Assembly: GCA_963804995.1 (NCBI GenBank)
Contig: CAWDSK010000002.1
Span: 544,001 to 608,000, forward strand
DNA from: an uncultured Acidobacteriota bacterium
GTDB lineage: Bacteria; Acidobacteriota; Terriglobia; UBA7540
Direction: 5' to 3'
Length of the DNA stretch: 64,000 nt
Positions 1 through 11,212 of this stretch are shown in pieces (the first letter of the stretch is position 1; the number at the start of each line of letters is the position of its first letter). The notes below the pieces were generated by a model. The model searched no databases. It was not told the origin of the DNA and was given only the letters and a program-made list of their open reading frames with translations. The translations under genes were made by a program, and so were the position numbers.

Positions 1-995
1 TCGATCACGGCAATTCTTGCGAGCAGTTTTGGAAGAAAGCCCAGCCTACCAACGCGAATGAATGGAGAGCAGCAACCCAAGCTTACCGTGACTACTATCG
101 CGACGAAATTGTCGGCAGCTTCACCGAGCAAATGGTTCCAGCCGATACGCAGAGTCGCAAGACTTTCGAAAGACCTTCATGGATTGCTTACGAGGTAATG
201 CTTAACGTTCTGCCGGATGTTTTTCTGTGGGCCTACGTGCTCGTCCCCAAGAACCTTCGTCCGGGTGAGCGCCGCCCCGTGGTCGTCTGCCAGCACGGCT
301 CTGATGGCCTTCCCAAGCATGTGTTCGACGAGGACCCGAAGTCCCGCAGCTACGGATACTACAAAAATTTCGGAGCCCGCTTGGCCGAGGAGGGCTTCGT
401 TGTCTGCGCCCCGCACAGTTTTTATCGAGGTGACGACGCCTTTCAAGTTCTCCAACGCAAAGCGAATCCCTTGAAAAAGACGCTGTGGGCCCTGGCCGTG
501 GCGCAAAAACAAAACCTGGTGGAGTGGCTCGCGACCTTACCCTTTGTCGATGCCAGCCGGATCGGGTTTTACGGTGTTTCTTATGGCGGCGCAGAGGCCA
601 TGTACGTTCCACCGCTGGTGGAGCAGTTTTCGGCAGTGGTGTGCGCAGCCAACTTTTCGGAAGCGATTCGTAGGGCTATAGCAACGGACATTCCCTGTAG
701 CTCGGTCTTCTACGATATGTACGAGTGGGGTGAATTCAACATTGCCAACACCTTTGGGTACGCGGAACTTGTGGCCTTGATGGCTCCGCGCGCCTTCATG
801 GTTGAGCGCGCCCACGGCGACCCCGTCTCTCCCGATGAGTGGGTCGCATACGAATATGCCCGCGTGCAGCGCTTGTACAACGCCTTGGGTATTCCAGAAC
901 GGACGCGCATCGAGTATTTCAATGGCGGTCATACCACTAATTGCGTGGGTACCTTTGAATTCCTCCGCCAACAGTTGAAATGGAACGTTACGTAG
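1..995 (+). CDS. Alpha/beta hydrolase (dienelactone hydrolase/esterase-like); probably starts upstream of the window
   Basis: VVCQHG motif, nucleophile elbow GVSYGG, C-terminal FNGGH. Confidence 0.7.
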   Translation, partial: DHGNSCEQFWKKAQPTNANEWRAATQAYRDYYRDEIVGSFTEQMVPADTQSRKTFERPSWIAYEVMLNVLPDVFLWAYVLVPKNLRPGERRPVVVCQHGSDGLPKHVFDEDPKSRSYGYYKNFGARLAEEGFVVCAPHSFYRGDDAFQVLQRKANPLKKTLWALAVAQKQNLVEWLATLPFVDASRIGFYGVSYGGAEAMYVPPLVEQFSAVVCAANFSEAIRRAIATDIPCSSVFYDMYEWGEFNIANTFGYAELVALMAPRAFMVERAHGDPVSPDEWVAYEYARVQRLYNALGIPERTRIEYFNGGHTTNCVGTFEFLRQQLKWNVT

Positions 996-1081
996 GCCAC
1001 GGCGGGTCCATTAATTGCGGGAATGGGCACAAAAGATAAAATCGACATGCGGTTTGTCGAGCCAGTAATGTGGAGCGCCAC

Positions 1082-2329
1082 ATGAGCACATTTTCTTCGA
1101 TCCAAGGCCTGCGGTGTCTAACTTGTGGCCGCAACTATCCGGTCGCCCCGATGCAGGAAGGCTGCCCCGACTGCATTGCCGCCGGACGGCCTGCCATCCT
1201 CAACGCGGTATATGGGCTGGGAGTTGAGGAAGCCGGCGCCCTCAGGAAGGCGGAGCGCTTTTGGGATCACCATCGATTGCTCCCTGTTCCTGAGCCCGCA
1301 TCAGTGGTGACTCTGGGGGAGGGCAACACGCCGCTCCTGGCTCTCCCGCAGGCAGCAGAGGAGACGGGTGCTGATCAGGTCTGGGTGAAGTATGAAGCCG
1401 TTAACCCCACGCACTCCTGGAAGGATCGAACCAACGCCATCGCCGTGGCCATGGCCAAGCATTTCGGGTTCTCCAAAGTGATGTGCGCTTCAACGGGCAA
1501 CCACGGCGTTTCCTTGGCCGCTTACGCCGCGCGGGCCGGTCTGCGCTGTTTGGTAATCCTACCTGCTGCCGCGCCTCCGGCTGCCGCACAAGAACTCGGA
1601 TTCTTCGGGGCCACCCGGGTCGCGGTGGAAGGAAACGTCCTTCCGCTCATGCACGAACTGTTGCGTGAGCACGGCTGGTACGTCTCCCAACGAAACTCGC
1701 CGGGCACGTGGGGGCGCCCTTTTGGCAATCCATATGGGACTGACGGCTACAAGACGATGGCATACGAAATCTTTCATCAGCTCGGGGAGCGCGTGCCGGA
1801 TTTGGTTTTTGTGCCGGTCGGAGGAGGGGACGGAGCGTGGGGGCTTTACAAGGGGTTCGTAGAGCTCACAAACCTGAACTTGGCCTCAAAGGTACCCCAA
1901 ATCGTTGCATGCCAGTCGGCAGCGGGAGCATCTCTAGCCTACGCTTGGCGCGAGCAACTCCCCCAAATTGAGCCAGTTACGACTTCACCCACCATCGCGT
2001 TTTCGATTGTGGACGGCCTTTCGGGCGATCATGCGCTCCTGGCGGTCCGGCGATCGGAGGGTTGAGCGGTTGCTGTCGAAGAGGCCGAACTGGTGGCAGC
2101 GGAAGACATGTTTCGCAAGACCGGCATTTGCGTGGAACCGTCTTCGGCCGCATCGCTTGCCAGTCTACGCAGGCTTGGCCGGGAGAAGTGGGGAGTAGCG
2201 GGGAAGTCGGTAGTACTCATCGCCACCGGGACCGGCCTGCGCTGGCCAGCCACGTTTGAGGGAATCAGCACCACGCCACCGAAAGTCGAGGCATCGATTT
2301 CGGCGCTCAGCCGTGTTGTCGAAATTTAA
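1082..2329 (+). pseudogene. Threonine synthase-like PLP enzyme with an in-frame TGA at 2063-2065
   Basis: N-terminal CxxC..CxxC, TLGEGNTPL, NPTHSWKDR, STGNHG, PVGGG; the same frame resumes after TGA with GICVEPSSAA and LIATGTGL. Confidence 0.75.
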
Positions 2330-2448
2330 GCATCGTAAGCCGCGCCACGCGATTTCCCGGAAAAGAGAACTCAGACCGTGGAGGGGCGCGTAACTCTAAC
2401 CCGCGACGATGGCGGGTAGTGATGGATCGCGTTCCACCTGGCGAGCGG

Positions 2449-3808
2449 CTACGGCGCGCGCAAACGCTTCACGAGATCGTCCACCTTTTCGGCGATAGTC
2501 TCTTCCACGGCCCAAGTGAAGGGAGCGGGCTGACCGTAGACCAGCATCGCGCCGCCGCCTTCATAGCCGCCTTCGAGCAGCACTCGGCGAGAGGGAATGT
2601 ACGCAAAGACGTTCATTCGAGTAGCCCGCCACCCAGACATTGTCATAGCCGTACTGGCGTTTGAAGCGCAACGAGTAATCCACCACCACCTCGCCGCCGA
2701 GCACGATCAGGGTCAGGTCATTGCCGAACTGCCAGACTTCAATCGGGTAAGGATAGTGGTCCGGCAGTTTACCGTCGCGATCCATTATTTGCAGCATGAG
2801 CTTGGCATGGCGGCGCAAGTAAACATCCGGGCCGCTCAAGTGGCTTTGCAGTTCCTCCCGCGAGGGCGGAGGCTCGAAGGCGACATCCACGCGCACAAAA
2901 GCGGCGCGGAGGGGGCCGTTAATCGGCCGCATCTTGCCGTTCAAAACTTCCTCGGTGGCCTCGGCGATTGTCTCACCATACCTTTGGGAAAGCTCCACGG
3001 AGTGGCGCGGCAAGGGGTTGGCATCCGCACCGCAACCTTCGATGAACATGGCCATGGCCTCGGGGTGCGTCTTCTCGATCGCAGCTTGCGCAAAGCCAGC
3101 CCAATCACCGTTGACCTGGTAGTCGTCCAAAGAGGTGTTGTGGCAGGCATAGCCAAAAACGACGGCGCGCAACGAGCCGTCTCGCCCGCGCACGGCGAGC
3201 ACGGGGACGTCCTGATCGACCGGCCCGGGATACTCGCGATGGCCCACGCGGCGGCGGTTGACGGCCACCCCGGCCAGCCCCTGCTCGAAGGAGATCTCCG
3301 CCGGCGACATATCGTGGAGGGAACGGCCAATCACGTCCACGACCTGGCCCTCCAGCCAGTCGGTGTAGCGCGCAATGACTGCCAACTCAGCGTCACCGAA
3401 AGGGTACGCCGGAAGAAGCATGTGACCGATCACGGGAGCGCTGTGGGTGTGGGAGGAGTTCAAGAACAACCGCTCACGAGGCAGGCCGAATTGCTTCTCG
3501 ACGCGCGCGGCGATGGGGTCTGAGACCTCGCGGGGGAAACCGAGCAGGTCCGAGCTGACCAGGACCGACACCGTGCCCTGGTCGTCCTTGAGGGCCAGCG
3601 CCTTCACGAAGATGTGCATTCGAACCCCTTCGGAAGGATGCGTGCGAGCACCATAGCCTGCCAGCCAGATGGGTTGGGTGGGCGTGATATCCACGCGCGC
3701 AACGCCCGCCTGCCACGCGGCCGAGGCAGGAAGACTCACGGCCAACAACGCCCACAAGACAAAAAAGGTACGCAAACAGTTTGACTGCGAGTTTATGGGG
3801 TTTGACAT
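2449..3808 (-). CDS. Neutral/alkaline ceramidase-like secreted protein with a +1 frameshift at about 2612
   Basis: Signal peptide, LAGYGAR, SHTHSAP, YACHNT, GCGADANP; removing one T from GACGTTC (2608-2614) restores GYSNDVFAYIPS..EGGYEGG. Confidence 0.75.
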
Positions 3809-4136
3809 GGCGCTATCCTAGGCCAAGGTGAGAACAACGTTCGAGCGGATTTTCAGTCCTATCCTGCCGCCGAAAGATTAGTACGCGGTTGATGTGGCCC
3901 CACACTTCACCGCATTGTTGAATCTTGGCCGACACGCAAGACACGGTGAACAATCGACAGGCGACTGGAAGGGGAGATGGTCCGGTAGCGTGGAGTTGTG
4001 TGCATCTCAGCACTACCCCGCAGATTGAATTCCTGTTGCGGGGAGGGAAGGCAGTTTATAATCCCCTCAGGTGCTCCTGACGGACCCGGGGAACCTAACC
4101 GAGAGAAGTCTTTGGTTTGGCTGAGGAGAACTCGCT

Positions 4137-4364
4137 ATGGACCCTTCGATAACCCAAGAAATCGTTGAACGCCTGCACGAGTTGCCGGCGTCGCAACAAC
4201 AACTCGTGCTGGAGGTTGTCAGGTCACTGGCAAGCCCTAGACCGCAAGGAGTTCCCGCCAAAGACCTGTTGCCGCTCACCGGAGCCATAACTGCCGAAGA
4301 CGCTCGCCAGATGATGAACGCGATCGAGGAAGGCTGCGAAAGAGTCGACTCGAATGCCTGGTAG
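4137..4364 (+). CDS. Small putative antitoxin
   Basis: 75 aa with RBS; overlaps the start of a PIN toxin remnant. Confidence 0.6.
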   Translation: MDPSITQEIVERLHELPASQQQLVLEVVRSLASPRPQGVPAKDLLPLTGAITAEDARQMMNAIEEGCERVDSNAW

Positions 4365-4475
4365 CTTTCTTCTTGCATTTGGATTGCCGCCCACGCCCAA
4401 CAGTACGATCTCACGCTGGTTACCCGCGACGCGCACTTCAACGCCGTCGAGGGTATCAGAATCGAAGCATGGTGA
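4354..4475 (+). pseudogene. vapC: VapC/PIN toxin with a large internal deletion
   Basis: MPGSFLL N-terminus joined out of frame to IWIAAHAQQYDLTLVTRDAHFNAVEGIRIEAW*, a typical VapC C-terminus. Confidence 0.7.
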
Positions 4476-4690
4476 AGCAGGTAACGCCGAGCTGGGCGTA
4501 TGCGGCCCTGCGATTCTAGTGCGGTCTGATGACGTGAATCGTAGACCTGGGCTCGCTCTGCGCCAATCGGCTACTCTATGATCGTACCGAAGGCAGCGCG
4601 TGCCCGCGCTACAGCCGATGGGCGAGACTTTAAAGATGAGCCATCTTCACCCCCCGCGGCGAGCCGGAGGATCCTGCCAGGAGGGAACTT

Positions 4691-6067
4691 CTAGCCTCCG
4701 CCTTTCGCCACCTTCACCTCTCCCAACGAGCCGCGGTCCAGACCTCGCGCATCGAGGAGATGCACGGAAATTCTATCCGTCGCGGGAGGCGCCGGAATGG
4801 TCGTGTCCAAAGCGACGGGTTCCGTTGGCTCGGCACGGATTATCTCCACTTTTTTGAGCTCCACGCCCTGAGCGTCGTACAAGTGGGCCAGCAGTCGACC
4901 GGCATAAAAGACTCCGAAGAAACCCGTAAGCCGCAGCCCGCCGCCGGTGGGGACGGCACCAAGTTCCTGACCGATCACCCCGGCATCGGTTACATCAGTG
5001 AGCCGCGGGGTCATGCGTGTGGGGAACCACTCACTTTCGAAAGCGTACTTCTCGCCGGGAGACAAGGTCACCAGCGGGCTATTCAGTTCCGCCTCCATGT
5101 AATAGGGCGCGTCCTCCCGCTTTTTCGGCGAGATCTCCGGCATTCCTTTGCTGTTGAGGCGCAGGCTGGGCCCATCAATGTAAAAAATCACCGACGCGCG
5201 CTCAGGATAAGCTGCGCCGGGGAGAACATGGAAGCGCTCTACCATAGCGAAATTCGAAGAGCCGTCCACCACCGCAACCCACCCCGCCGTTGAGTCCACC
5301 CCCACTTCGCCTTCCATATAGCGCCAGTGCAGCGCGAATAAATTGTTGTCCTGGATGTTATAAGAAGGATGGTCGATCGGACCCGCATGAGCATCGAATT
5401 TGCGGTTAAAAACGCTCGCGGAGTTGGCGGGTGTGAAGGCCCAGAAATTGCGATTGTAATTCTCCGGATCACCTGGCGCCGCAGTGTTGTACTGGGATAC
5501 GGATTGCACTGACCAGCGAATTCGGTGTCCGGTAATATTCTGCATTTCCGCATGGAAGCCGATCTTCGGCGTGTCGCCATCCATGCTTATTTCCCGGGAG
5601 TACTCGAGGCCGGTTTTTTCGTCCGGTGGGCCTTGCAACCGTACGGTGCAAGTATGGCCGGTAGAGAGAACTTGAAACTGATAAATCCCGTCATCCAAAA
5701 TATCCGAGCCGCCCGACCAGTGCTGTTCATCCTCCGAGCCTTCGGGGAGAGGCCAGATCTTGTCACCTCCGTAATTGAACCATTTTCCCTGCGCCGCGCC
5801 CTGCGAAGGGGGGAAGTACTTCCCGAGGTACAGAGGATTTACAAATAAGTAGTCGTGCGAGCCAAACGTGACTTGCATCAGCCGGCCGCCGAGCATCGGA
5901 ACGATAATTAGGCTCACCCATCGATTCGCCATGCGCTGGGCATCCCATCCCTGAAAGGTAACGGGTTCCACAGTGCAAGTTGAGGGAGTCTGATCAGTTT
6001 GCGCCTGCGTGCTGGCGGGGATGAGCGTGAAAATGACAGTTAAGACTGCGAAAAGCGCCGTCCCCAC
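4691..6067 (-). CDS. Secreted hypothetical protein (DUF4380/mutarotase-fold-like)
   Basis: 458 aa, signal peptide, LGGRLMQ and NYGGDKIWP motifs. Confidence 0.55.
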   Translation of the reverse strand: MGTALFAVLTVIFTLIPASTQAQTDQTPSTCTVEPVTFQGWDAQRMANRWVSLIIVPMLGGRLMQVTFGSHDYLFVNPLYLGKYFPPSQGAAQGKWFNYGGDKIWPLPEGSEDEQHWSGGSDILDDGIYQFQVLSTGHTCTVRLQGPPDEKTGLEYSREISMDGDTPKIGFHAEMQNITGHRIRWSVQSVSQYNTAAPGDPENYNRNFWAFTPANSASVFNRKFDAHAGPIDHPSYNIQDNNLFALHWRYMEGEVGVDSTAGWVAVVDGSSNFAMVERFHVLPGAAYPERASVIFYIDGPSLRLNSKGMPEISPKKREDAPYYMEAELNSPLVTLSPGEKYAFESEWFPTRMTPRLTDVTDAGVIGQELGAVPTGGGLRLTGFFGVFYAGRLLAHLYDAQGVELKKVEIIRAEPTEPVALDTTIPAPPATDRISVHLLDARGLDRGSLGEVKVAKGGG

Positions 6068-6351
6068 TCTGAGAATGGCATTTGGTTTGTCCTCTTCGTC
6101 GCCTATTTGAACCGGAGAAGTCAGATATTTCTATCCAAAACGATGCCGATGCTTGCAATAGCCCGCAGATGCCTTTGCAATGAGGCCGGCTGGCGCAGGG
6201 CGAGCGCAGCCCTGCGGTTCTAGCGCGACGAGATGGGGTGAATCGCCCCGACTGGTCGGGGCGCCAACCTGCCCATCCCGCCGTCTGCGCCTGTCGCTCC
6301 AGTCAATTATAGACCACTGATTAATTTGTCGGCGCAGATGAATCCCGAGTT

Positions 6352-6500
6352 GGTAGCCACGGTCAACGCTTTATTGACCGTGGGCTTTTCTCATGCCAAT
6401 TACGGCAATCATAATTACGCCCGCCGTCACGGCAGCGATTCAACAATCGTTCGAAACGAAGGAAGGACCCACGGTCAGAAAAACGCTGACCGTGGCTACC
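6352..6500. repeat. REPIN family B (GGTAGCCACGGTC..GACCGTGGG / CCCACGGTC..GACCGTGGCTACC)
   Basis: Two inverted GTAG-capped hairpins; copies at 9477, 9685, 17740, 21548, 40803. Confidence 0.85.
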
Positions 6501-6586
6501 CACTGCGGAAACTTTCAATAGTAGGAAATCAATAGTAGACTCGGTGCGAACGGGAGACACCAGTTCATATCAAGGAGACCTTCATA

Positions 6587-7948
6587 ATGAGTATTCCGAA
6601 AACCCCTGGGAATCCCAGCGAAACTACGCGCCGAAAATTTCTTCAAGCAGGCAGCATGGCTTTTGTTGGTATGGCGATGCCTGCGGGTAGAGGCTTGACC
6701 CCGACGTCCGAAACCCTGGCCATAGCCGGAGGTTCCCAAGCTGTCTCGGTTCCAAAGGAGAGGATCGAAAGCCTCATTCGCTGGCCTCGCTATGGAGACA
6801 ATGAAAAGCGGGCGCTCCATGACCTGATCGACAAAGCCACACTCCTTAACAATGAGTACTATAGCGAGGCGCCGGCTCTCGAAACCGAGTGGAAGGCTTA
6901 CATGGGAGCGCCGTACGCCAAGGCCCACATGAATGGCTCCAGCGCGATCACCAGCATGTTTTTTGCGCTCAACCTCCCCCCCGGCAGCGAGGTCCTGGTG
7001 ACCTCGTGGAACCATTTTTCGGACTGCCTCACGGAGCGCTTCTTCGGCTACGTTCCGGTTTTTGTCGACATTGACCCGCACACGGCCTGCTTCGACCTGG
7101 ATGATGCCAAGCGCAAGCTGACCAAGAACACCCGGGTGCTTTTCCCCATGCATTGTTTTGGTCTGCCCTGTGAAATGGATCACATTATGGGCTTTGCCAA
7201 GGAGAAGGGCCTGCTGGTGATCGAGGATGCGGCCCATGCGCATGGGGCTTCGATGCAGGGTAAGAACATGGGGAACTGGGGTGTGATGGGCATCTTCAGC
7301 TTTCAGGTAAGCAAGGTCATGCCGGCCGTCGAGGGCGGAATGGGTGTTTACTCGACGCGTGAATACTATGAGCGTGCCGCCGCGTTCGGGCACTTCGAAG
7401 CTCCTGCCAAGTTCCCCGTAGATAGCCCGGTTCATGGCTATGCGGGAACCGGCTTTGGGCAGAAGTACCGCATGCATCCTTTCGGTGCGGTCGTCGCTCG
7501 CCAGCAATTACGCGTGCTTGACGAGCAGAATGCCATGGTTCAGGCCAACGTCCGGAAGCTGAACGATCGGCTGATTCAGCTTCCTGGCTTAAGTGAGCCC
7601 CGCCTCCGTAAAGACCAGAAGCGCGTGTACTATGAGGGGAATCTGCTGCTGCTCGATCCCGCCAAAGCCGGCTTCTCGCGCAACGCGCTGCTGAAAGCGC
7701 TGCGCGCGGAAGGGGTGCGTGCCTTCGTGTGGCATTTTCCCCAGAACCATAAAATGAAGATTTATTCCGAGGCCAAGTGGTGGCACCACCCGCCGCCGAT
7801 CGCACCCTCCTTCCCGGGCAATGATGAGGTGGACAACAATCATATCTTTGTCTCGCATCTCTACGCCGAAGCGGATGAGGTGATCGATCAGTACGTGAAG
7901 GCGTTCGAGAAAATATGGGCGCACAAGGAAGAGGTCGCCAAGCTTTGA
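6587..7948 (+). CDS. DegT/DnrJ/EryC1/StrS aminotransferase with Tat-like leader
   Basis: TRRKFL, IEDAAHAHG, FSFQVSK..EGG. Confidence 0.85.
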   Translation: MSIPKTPGNPSETTRRKFLQAGSMAFVGMAMPAGRGLTPTSETLAIAGGSQAVSVPKERIESLIRWPRYGDNEKRALHDLIDKATLLNNEYYSEAPALETEWKAYMGAPYAKAHMNGSSAITSMFFALNLPPGSEVLVTSWNHFSDCLTERFFGYVPVFVDIDPHTACFDLDDAKRKLTKNTRVLFPMHCFGLPCEMDHIMGFAKEKGLLVIEDAAHAHGASMQGKNMGNWGVMGIFSFQVSKVMPAVEGGMGVYSTREYYERAAAFGHFEAPAKFPVDSPVHGYAGTGFGQKYRMHPFGAVVARQQLRVLDEQNAMVQANVRKLNDRLIQLPGLSEPRLRKDQKRVYYEGNLLLLDPAKAGFSRNALLKALRAEGVRAFVWHFPQNHKMKIYSEAKWWHHPPPIAPSFPGNDEVDNNHIFVSHLYAEADEVIDQYVKAFEKIWAHKEEVAKL

Positions 7949-8064
7949 GCAGTACGAGTGACTGAGCTGGACGCGGAAAAATGCAGAAACTTGGCCACCC
8001 CACGTTCAGCCGTCTCACGTCAAATCACATCTCGCCAAGAGTCATCAGAGGAGGGAACGGTTAA

Positions 8065-9444
8065 ATGTTGAGGAAAATCCAGTTGCCACGCCGCAATTTT
8101 CTAGCTTTGACAACGGCAGCCGTAGCGGAGCCTTTTACCAGGATGTCAGCGCAACCGGGGGGGCTCTCCCCGTCGAGCGAAGGCCCCGCCCCTGCCTTCA
8201 AGCTCGCGGGGATGAGCTTGCCGGAACTGCGCAAGCGTTACCAGGCGGAACTCTTTGATGCCTACCTCCCGTTCTGGGATCGGTATGGGATCGATCATAA
8301 GTATGGTGGCTTCATGTGCGCGCTCGATCACGATGGAACGCTGGTGAACGACACCAAGTTCCATTGGTTCCAGGGGCGCGGTGTCTGGGTCTACAGCTTC
8401 CTCTATAACCATTTCCGCAAGGACCCGCATTACCTGGAGATCGCGAAAAAGACCAAGGATTTCATGCTCGCCCATTTTCCACAGAAAGACGGGACGTGGG
8501 CGAAACTGGTTTCGCGCGAAGGGAAGATGCTCAAGCCGTTTAACGGCGACCTGTTTGGAATGTTTTTTGCCGCCGAGGGCTTGCAGGAGTATGCCTTCGC
8601 CACGGGGGACAACGAGGCTCGGGAGATGGCCACCCGTCTCATGAAGCAGCTCTTCGCCAAGCTGATGGATCCCGCCGTTCCGGACCCCGAAACCGGATTG
8701 ATGGGCGTGCGCTCGCAGGGCGTGTGGATGGTAACGGTTCGAACCGCCACGCAGATGTTGAGAAGATGGCCCGATAGCGAGATCGCCGCCATGGCCGACC
8801 ACAGCGTCGATGCGGTGATGAACAAGCATTACAATCCTGAATTCGGTCTCGACACGGAGACGTTGAATCTGGACAACAGCCGCCCCAAAGATTTGGCCAA
8901 TGTAACCGTCTGTGGCCACTCCGTTGAAACCTTATGGATGATCCTGGATGAAGCTCTCCGTCGCAAAGACCAGGCCCTTTATGATCTGTGTGCCGCGCGG
9001 CTGCGTCATCACCTTGAAGTGTGTTGGGATTATATCTTCGGAGGTCTGGCCGATTCCATTAATGTTAACCAGGGAGCGTATCAATGGCCGGTGGATACGC
9101 CCGTGGGCACTAACTACGCATTCCGCGAGGTGGGCGAGTACAAATGGGTGAAGACTTCCTGGTCGTTTGATGAAGTTCTCATTTCGACACTGAACGTCAT
9201 TGAGCACAAGAGAAGCGAGTGGGCGACCCGCTATTTCAATTCTGCCTACGAAACCTTCGACAAAAAGATGTCCCTAAAATCGCACGGCCTGCCGCTCTTC
9301 AATGGTTTTGCCGAACGCGAGATGGCTTTCCAGCCCCACGTGGTGCGCCAGGAGAACTACCACCACGCGCGGCAACTTATGCTCAATCTGCTGGCCCTGG
9401 ACTGGATGATCAAGGGGGAGGAATCTGCTGCGAAGGCAGGATGA
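8065..9444 (+). CDS. AGE-family (N-acylglucosamine 2-epimerase-like) protein with Tat-like leader
   Basis: PRRNFL, LPFW...D..YGGF, WFQGRGVW, GHSVETLW, YHHAR. Confidence 0.8.
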   Translation: MLRKIQLPRRNFLALTTAAVAEPFTRMSAQPGGLSPSSEGPAPAFKLAGMSLPELRKRYQAELFDAYLPFWDRYGIDHKYGGFMCALDHDGTLVNDTKFHWFQGRGVWVYSFLYNHFRKDPHYLEIAKKTKDFMLAHFPQKDGTWAKLVSREGKMLKPFNGDLFGMFFAAEGLQEYAFATGDNEAREMATRLMKQLFAKLMDPAVPDPETGLMGVRSQGVWMVTVRTATQMLRRWPDSEIAAMADHSVDAVMNKHYNPEFGLDTETLNLDNSRPKDLANVTVCGHSVETLWMILDEALRRKDQALYDLCAARLRHHLEVCWDYIFGGLADSINVNQGAYQWPVDTPVGTNYAFREVGEYKWVKTSWSFDEVLISTLNVIEHKRSEWATRYFNSAYETFDKKMSLKSHGLPLFNGFAEREMAFQPHVVRQENYHHARQLMLNLLALDWMIKGEESAAKAG

Positions 9445-9476
9445 ATCAAGGCTTGCCTTACGAACAATGACGAACG

Positions 9477-9832
9477 GGTAGCCACGGTCAGCGATTTTCT
9501 GACCGTGGGCTCTTCTCATGCCAATAATGGCGATCAAAGCTAGACGTGCCGTCGCGGCGATAGTTCCACGTTCGTTCAAGATCGGAGAAAGAACCCACGG
9601 TCACAACAGCGGTGACCGTGGCTACCAGCTATGATTCTCGTTGGGTTGCGGCTCGGCGGCGCTGCTTACGAAACATGACGAACGGGTAGCCACGGTCAGC
9701 GATTTTCTGACCGTGGGCTCTTCTCATGCCAATAATGGCTCAAAGCTAGAGGTGCCGTCGTGGCGATACTTCCACGGTCGTTCGAGATCGGAGAAAGAAC
9801 CCACGGTCACAACGGCGGTGACCGTGGCTACC
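9477..9832. repeat. Two tandem family B REPINs (9477-9626, 9685-9832)
   Basis: Period about 208 bp; related spacers and 5' flank duplicated. Confidence 0.85.
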
Positions 9833-9868
9833 ACTGCGCAACCTGCTGCATCCCAGGTCCAGGCGATA

Positions 9869-10678
9869 CTACGCCGCGGCTTGAGTCCCGCGGAATTCGC
9901 GATAGCTCACCAGCTTGATCCCCCGCTCTTCCACCAAGCGTTTAATACGAGGGCTCGTGTAGGCCAGGGTTTCGGCGGCACGAAGCTTGCCCACGCCCAA
10001 GAGCATCACATCTTTCGGCTCGAAGTGCACCAGGGCTTCGTTCTCGAGCGCCGGGTAGCCGGGATGCCCGATCAACAAATGAACTCCCGGTTCCAGATCG
10101 CGCAGAATCTGGGCGAGCGCTTTTTCCTTTTCTTCGGGAGGGAGCGAATAGACGCCGAAATCGTCAAGGGGGACTTCGCCAAGCAGGGATGAAACCGGCA
10201 CCTGGTAGTCTTTGCCAATGCGCTCCACCATGGGCCGGAGCCTGGGATCATAGGGCATATGATAATGGGTATCGACGTACTCCACCTTCACGCCCTTCTT
10301 CCTGGTAAGGTCAACCTGGGCGCGGAATTCCTTCTCCAGTTCGGCCATGTCGGGTTTGTGCCCCCAAAACTCCGCGGGGGACCCCCAAAGGAATCCATCT
10401 TCGTCGACCAGGGTGCGAATTTCGGAATAAGGCAGAACGGGACGCCACCGGTAGCCCCGCCACTCCCCGATGATGCCAAGGTGAACGCCAAAGCAAAGGT
10501 CGGAGTTCTCCCGAGCGAGCTTCGCGGCCTCTTCAAACCAGGGCGCGACCGCCAAAATCGCGGCGGATCTCAAGATGCCATTGCGGAGACAATCTATTAT
10601 GGCGAGGTTTCCCGTATGGGTATAGCCCATGTCATCAGCTCGCGCCACTAATATGATTTCCTTCTTGTCGGTCTGCAT
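9869..10678 (-). CDS. ChbG/YdjC-family carbohydrate deacetylase
   Basis: ADDMG, GVHL, DTHYH, HPGY motifs. Confidence 0.85.
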   Translation of the reverse strand: MQTDKKEIILVARADDMGYTHTGNLAIIDCLRNGILRSAAILAVAPWFEEAAKLARENSDLCFGVHLGIIGEWRGYRWRPVLPYSEIRTLVDEDGFLWGSPAEFWGHKPDMAELEKEFRAQVDLTRKKGVKVEYVDTHYHMPYDPRLRPMVERIGKDYQVPVSSLLGEVPLDDFGVYSLPPEEKEKALAQILRDLEPGVHLLIGHPGYPALENEALVHFEPKDVMLLGVGKLRAAETLAYTSPRIKRLVEERGIKLVSYREFRGTQAAA

Positions 10679-10786
10679 GGTTTTCTCCTGAACGTTTAGT
10701 ATTCGAACGATGCCGGGACGCCAAGCCTAAATCAAGAAGGCCTCCCCGCCCGTCGTTTCTCTATCACTTCGTCAAATATTCGTAAA

Positions 10787-11206
10787 TTAGCTTATGCCTA
10801 ACAGAATAACGGCGACAAATCCTATGCCAACCCCGAAGAGGGTCAAGCGGTTCATTCGCTCGTGGAAAAACACGCGGCCGGACAAAGCCACCACGAAGAT
10901 TGATCCGCCGATGGCGATGGGAAACACTACGTGCCCGGGCACGTTCGCGTCCAGGGCAACCGCCATGGCCACTTGCCCCGCCAGGCTGAGGGCAGCCATC
11001 ACGGCGCCGAAAATGAGTTCTTTCCGTCCCAGCTTCAAGCCTTTGAGGAGCATCGGCACCAGGATGCTGGCCATTCCCCCCGCATACCATATGCATAGGT
11101 AGGGAAACTTCAAGGTAGCGGGATCCGCCCATCCGGCAATGACCTTCAAGCCGTAGGCGCTCATGCCGTTGGTAATCAGTATGACAAGCATCAAGAGGAA
11201 CCACAT
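10787..11206 (-). CDS. EamA/DMT-family small membrane protein
   Basis: 139 aa hydrophobic; VVFPI..G...FFHER pattern. Confidence 0.7.
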   Translation of the reverse strand: MWFLLMLVILITNGMSAYGLKVIAGWADPATLKFPYLCIWYAGGMASILVPMLLKGLKLGRKELIFGAVMAALSLAGQVAMAVALDANVPGHVVFPIAIGGSIFVVALSGRVFFHERMNRLTLFGVGIGFVAVILLGIS

Positions 11207-11212
11207 GAGTGC

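Noticed and set aside
9641..10192. ORFs translated through REP repeats (also 6326, 17874, 38307-39067, 41241, 58533)
   Set aside because: Recurrent peptides come from repeat DNA; no protein family signal.
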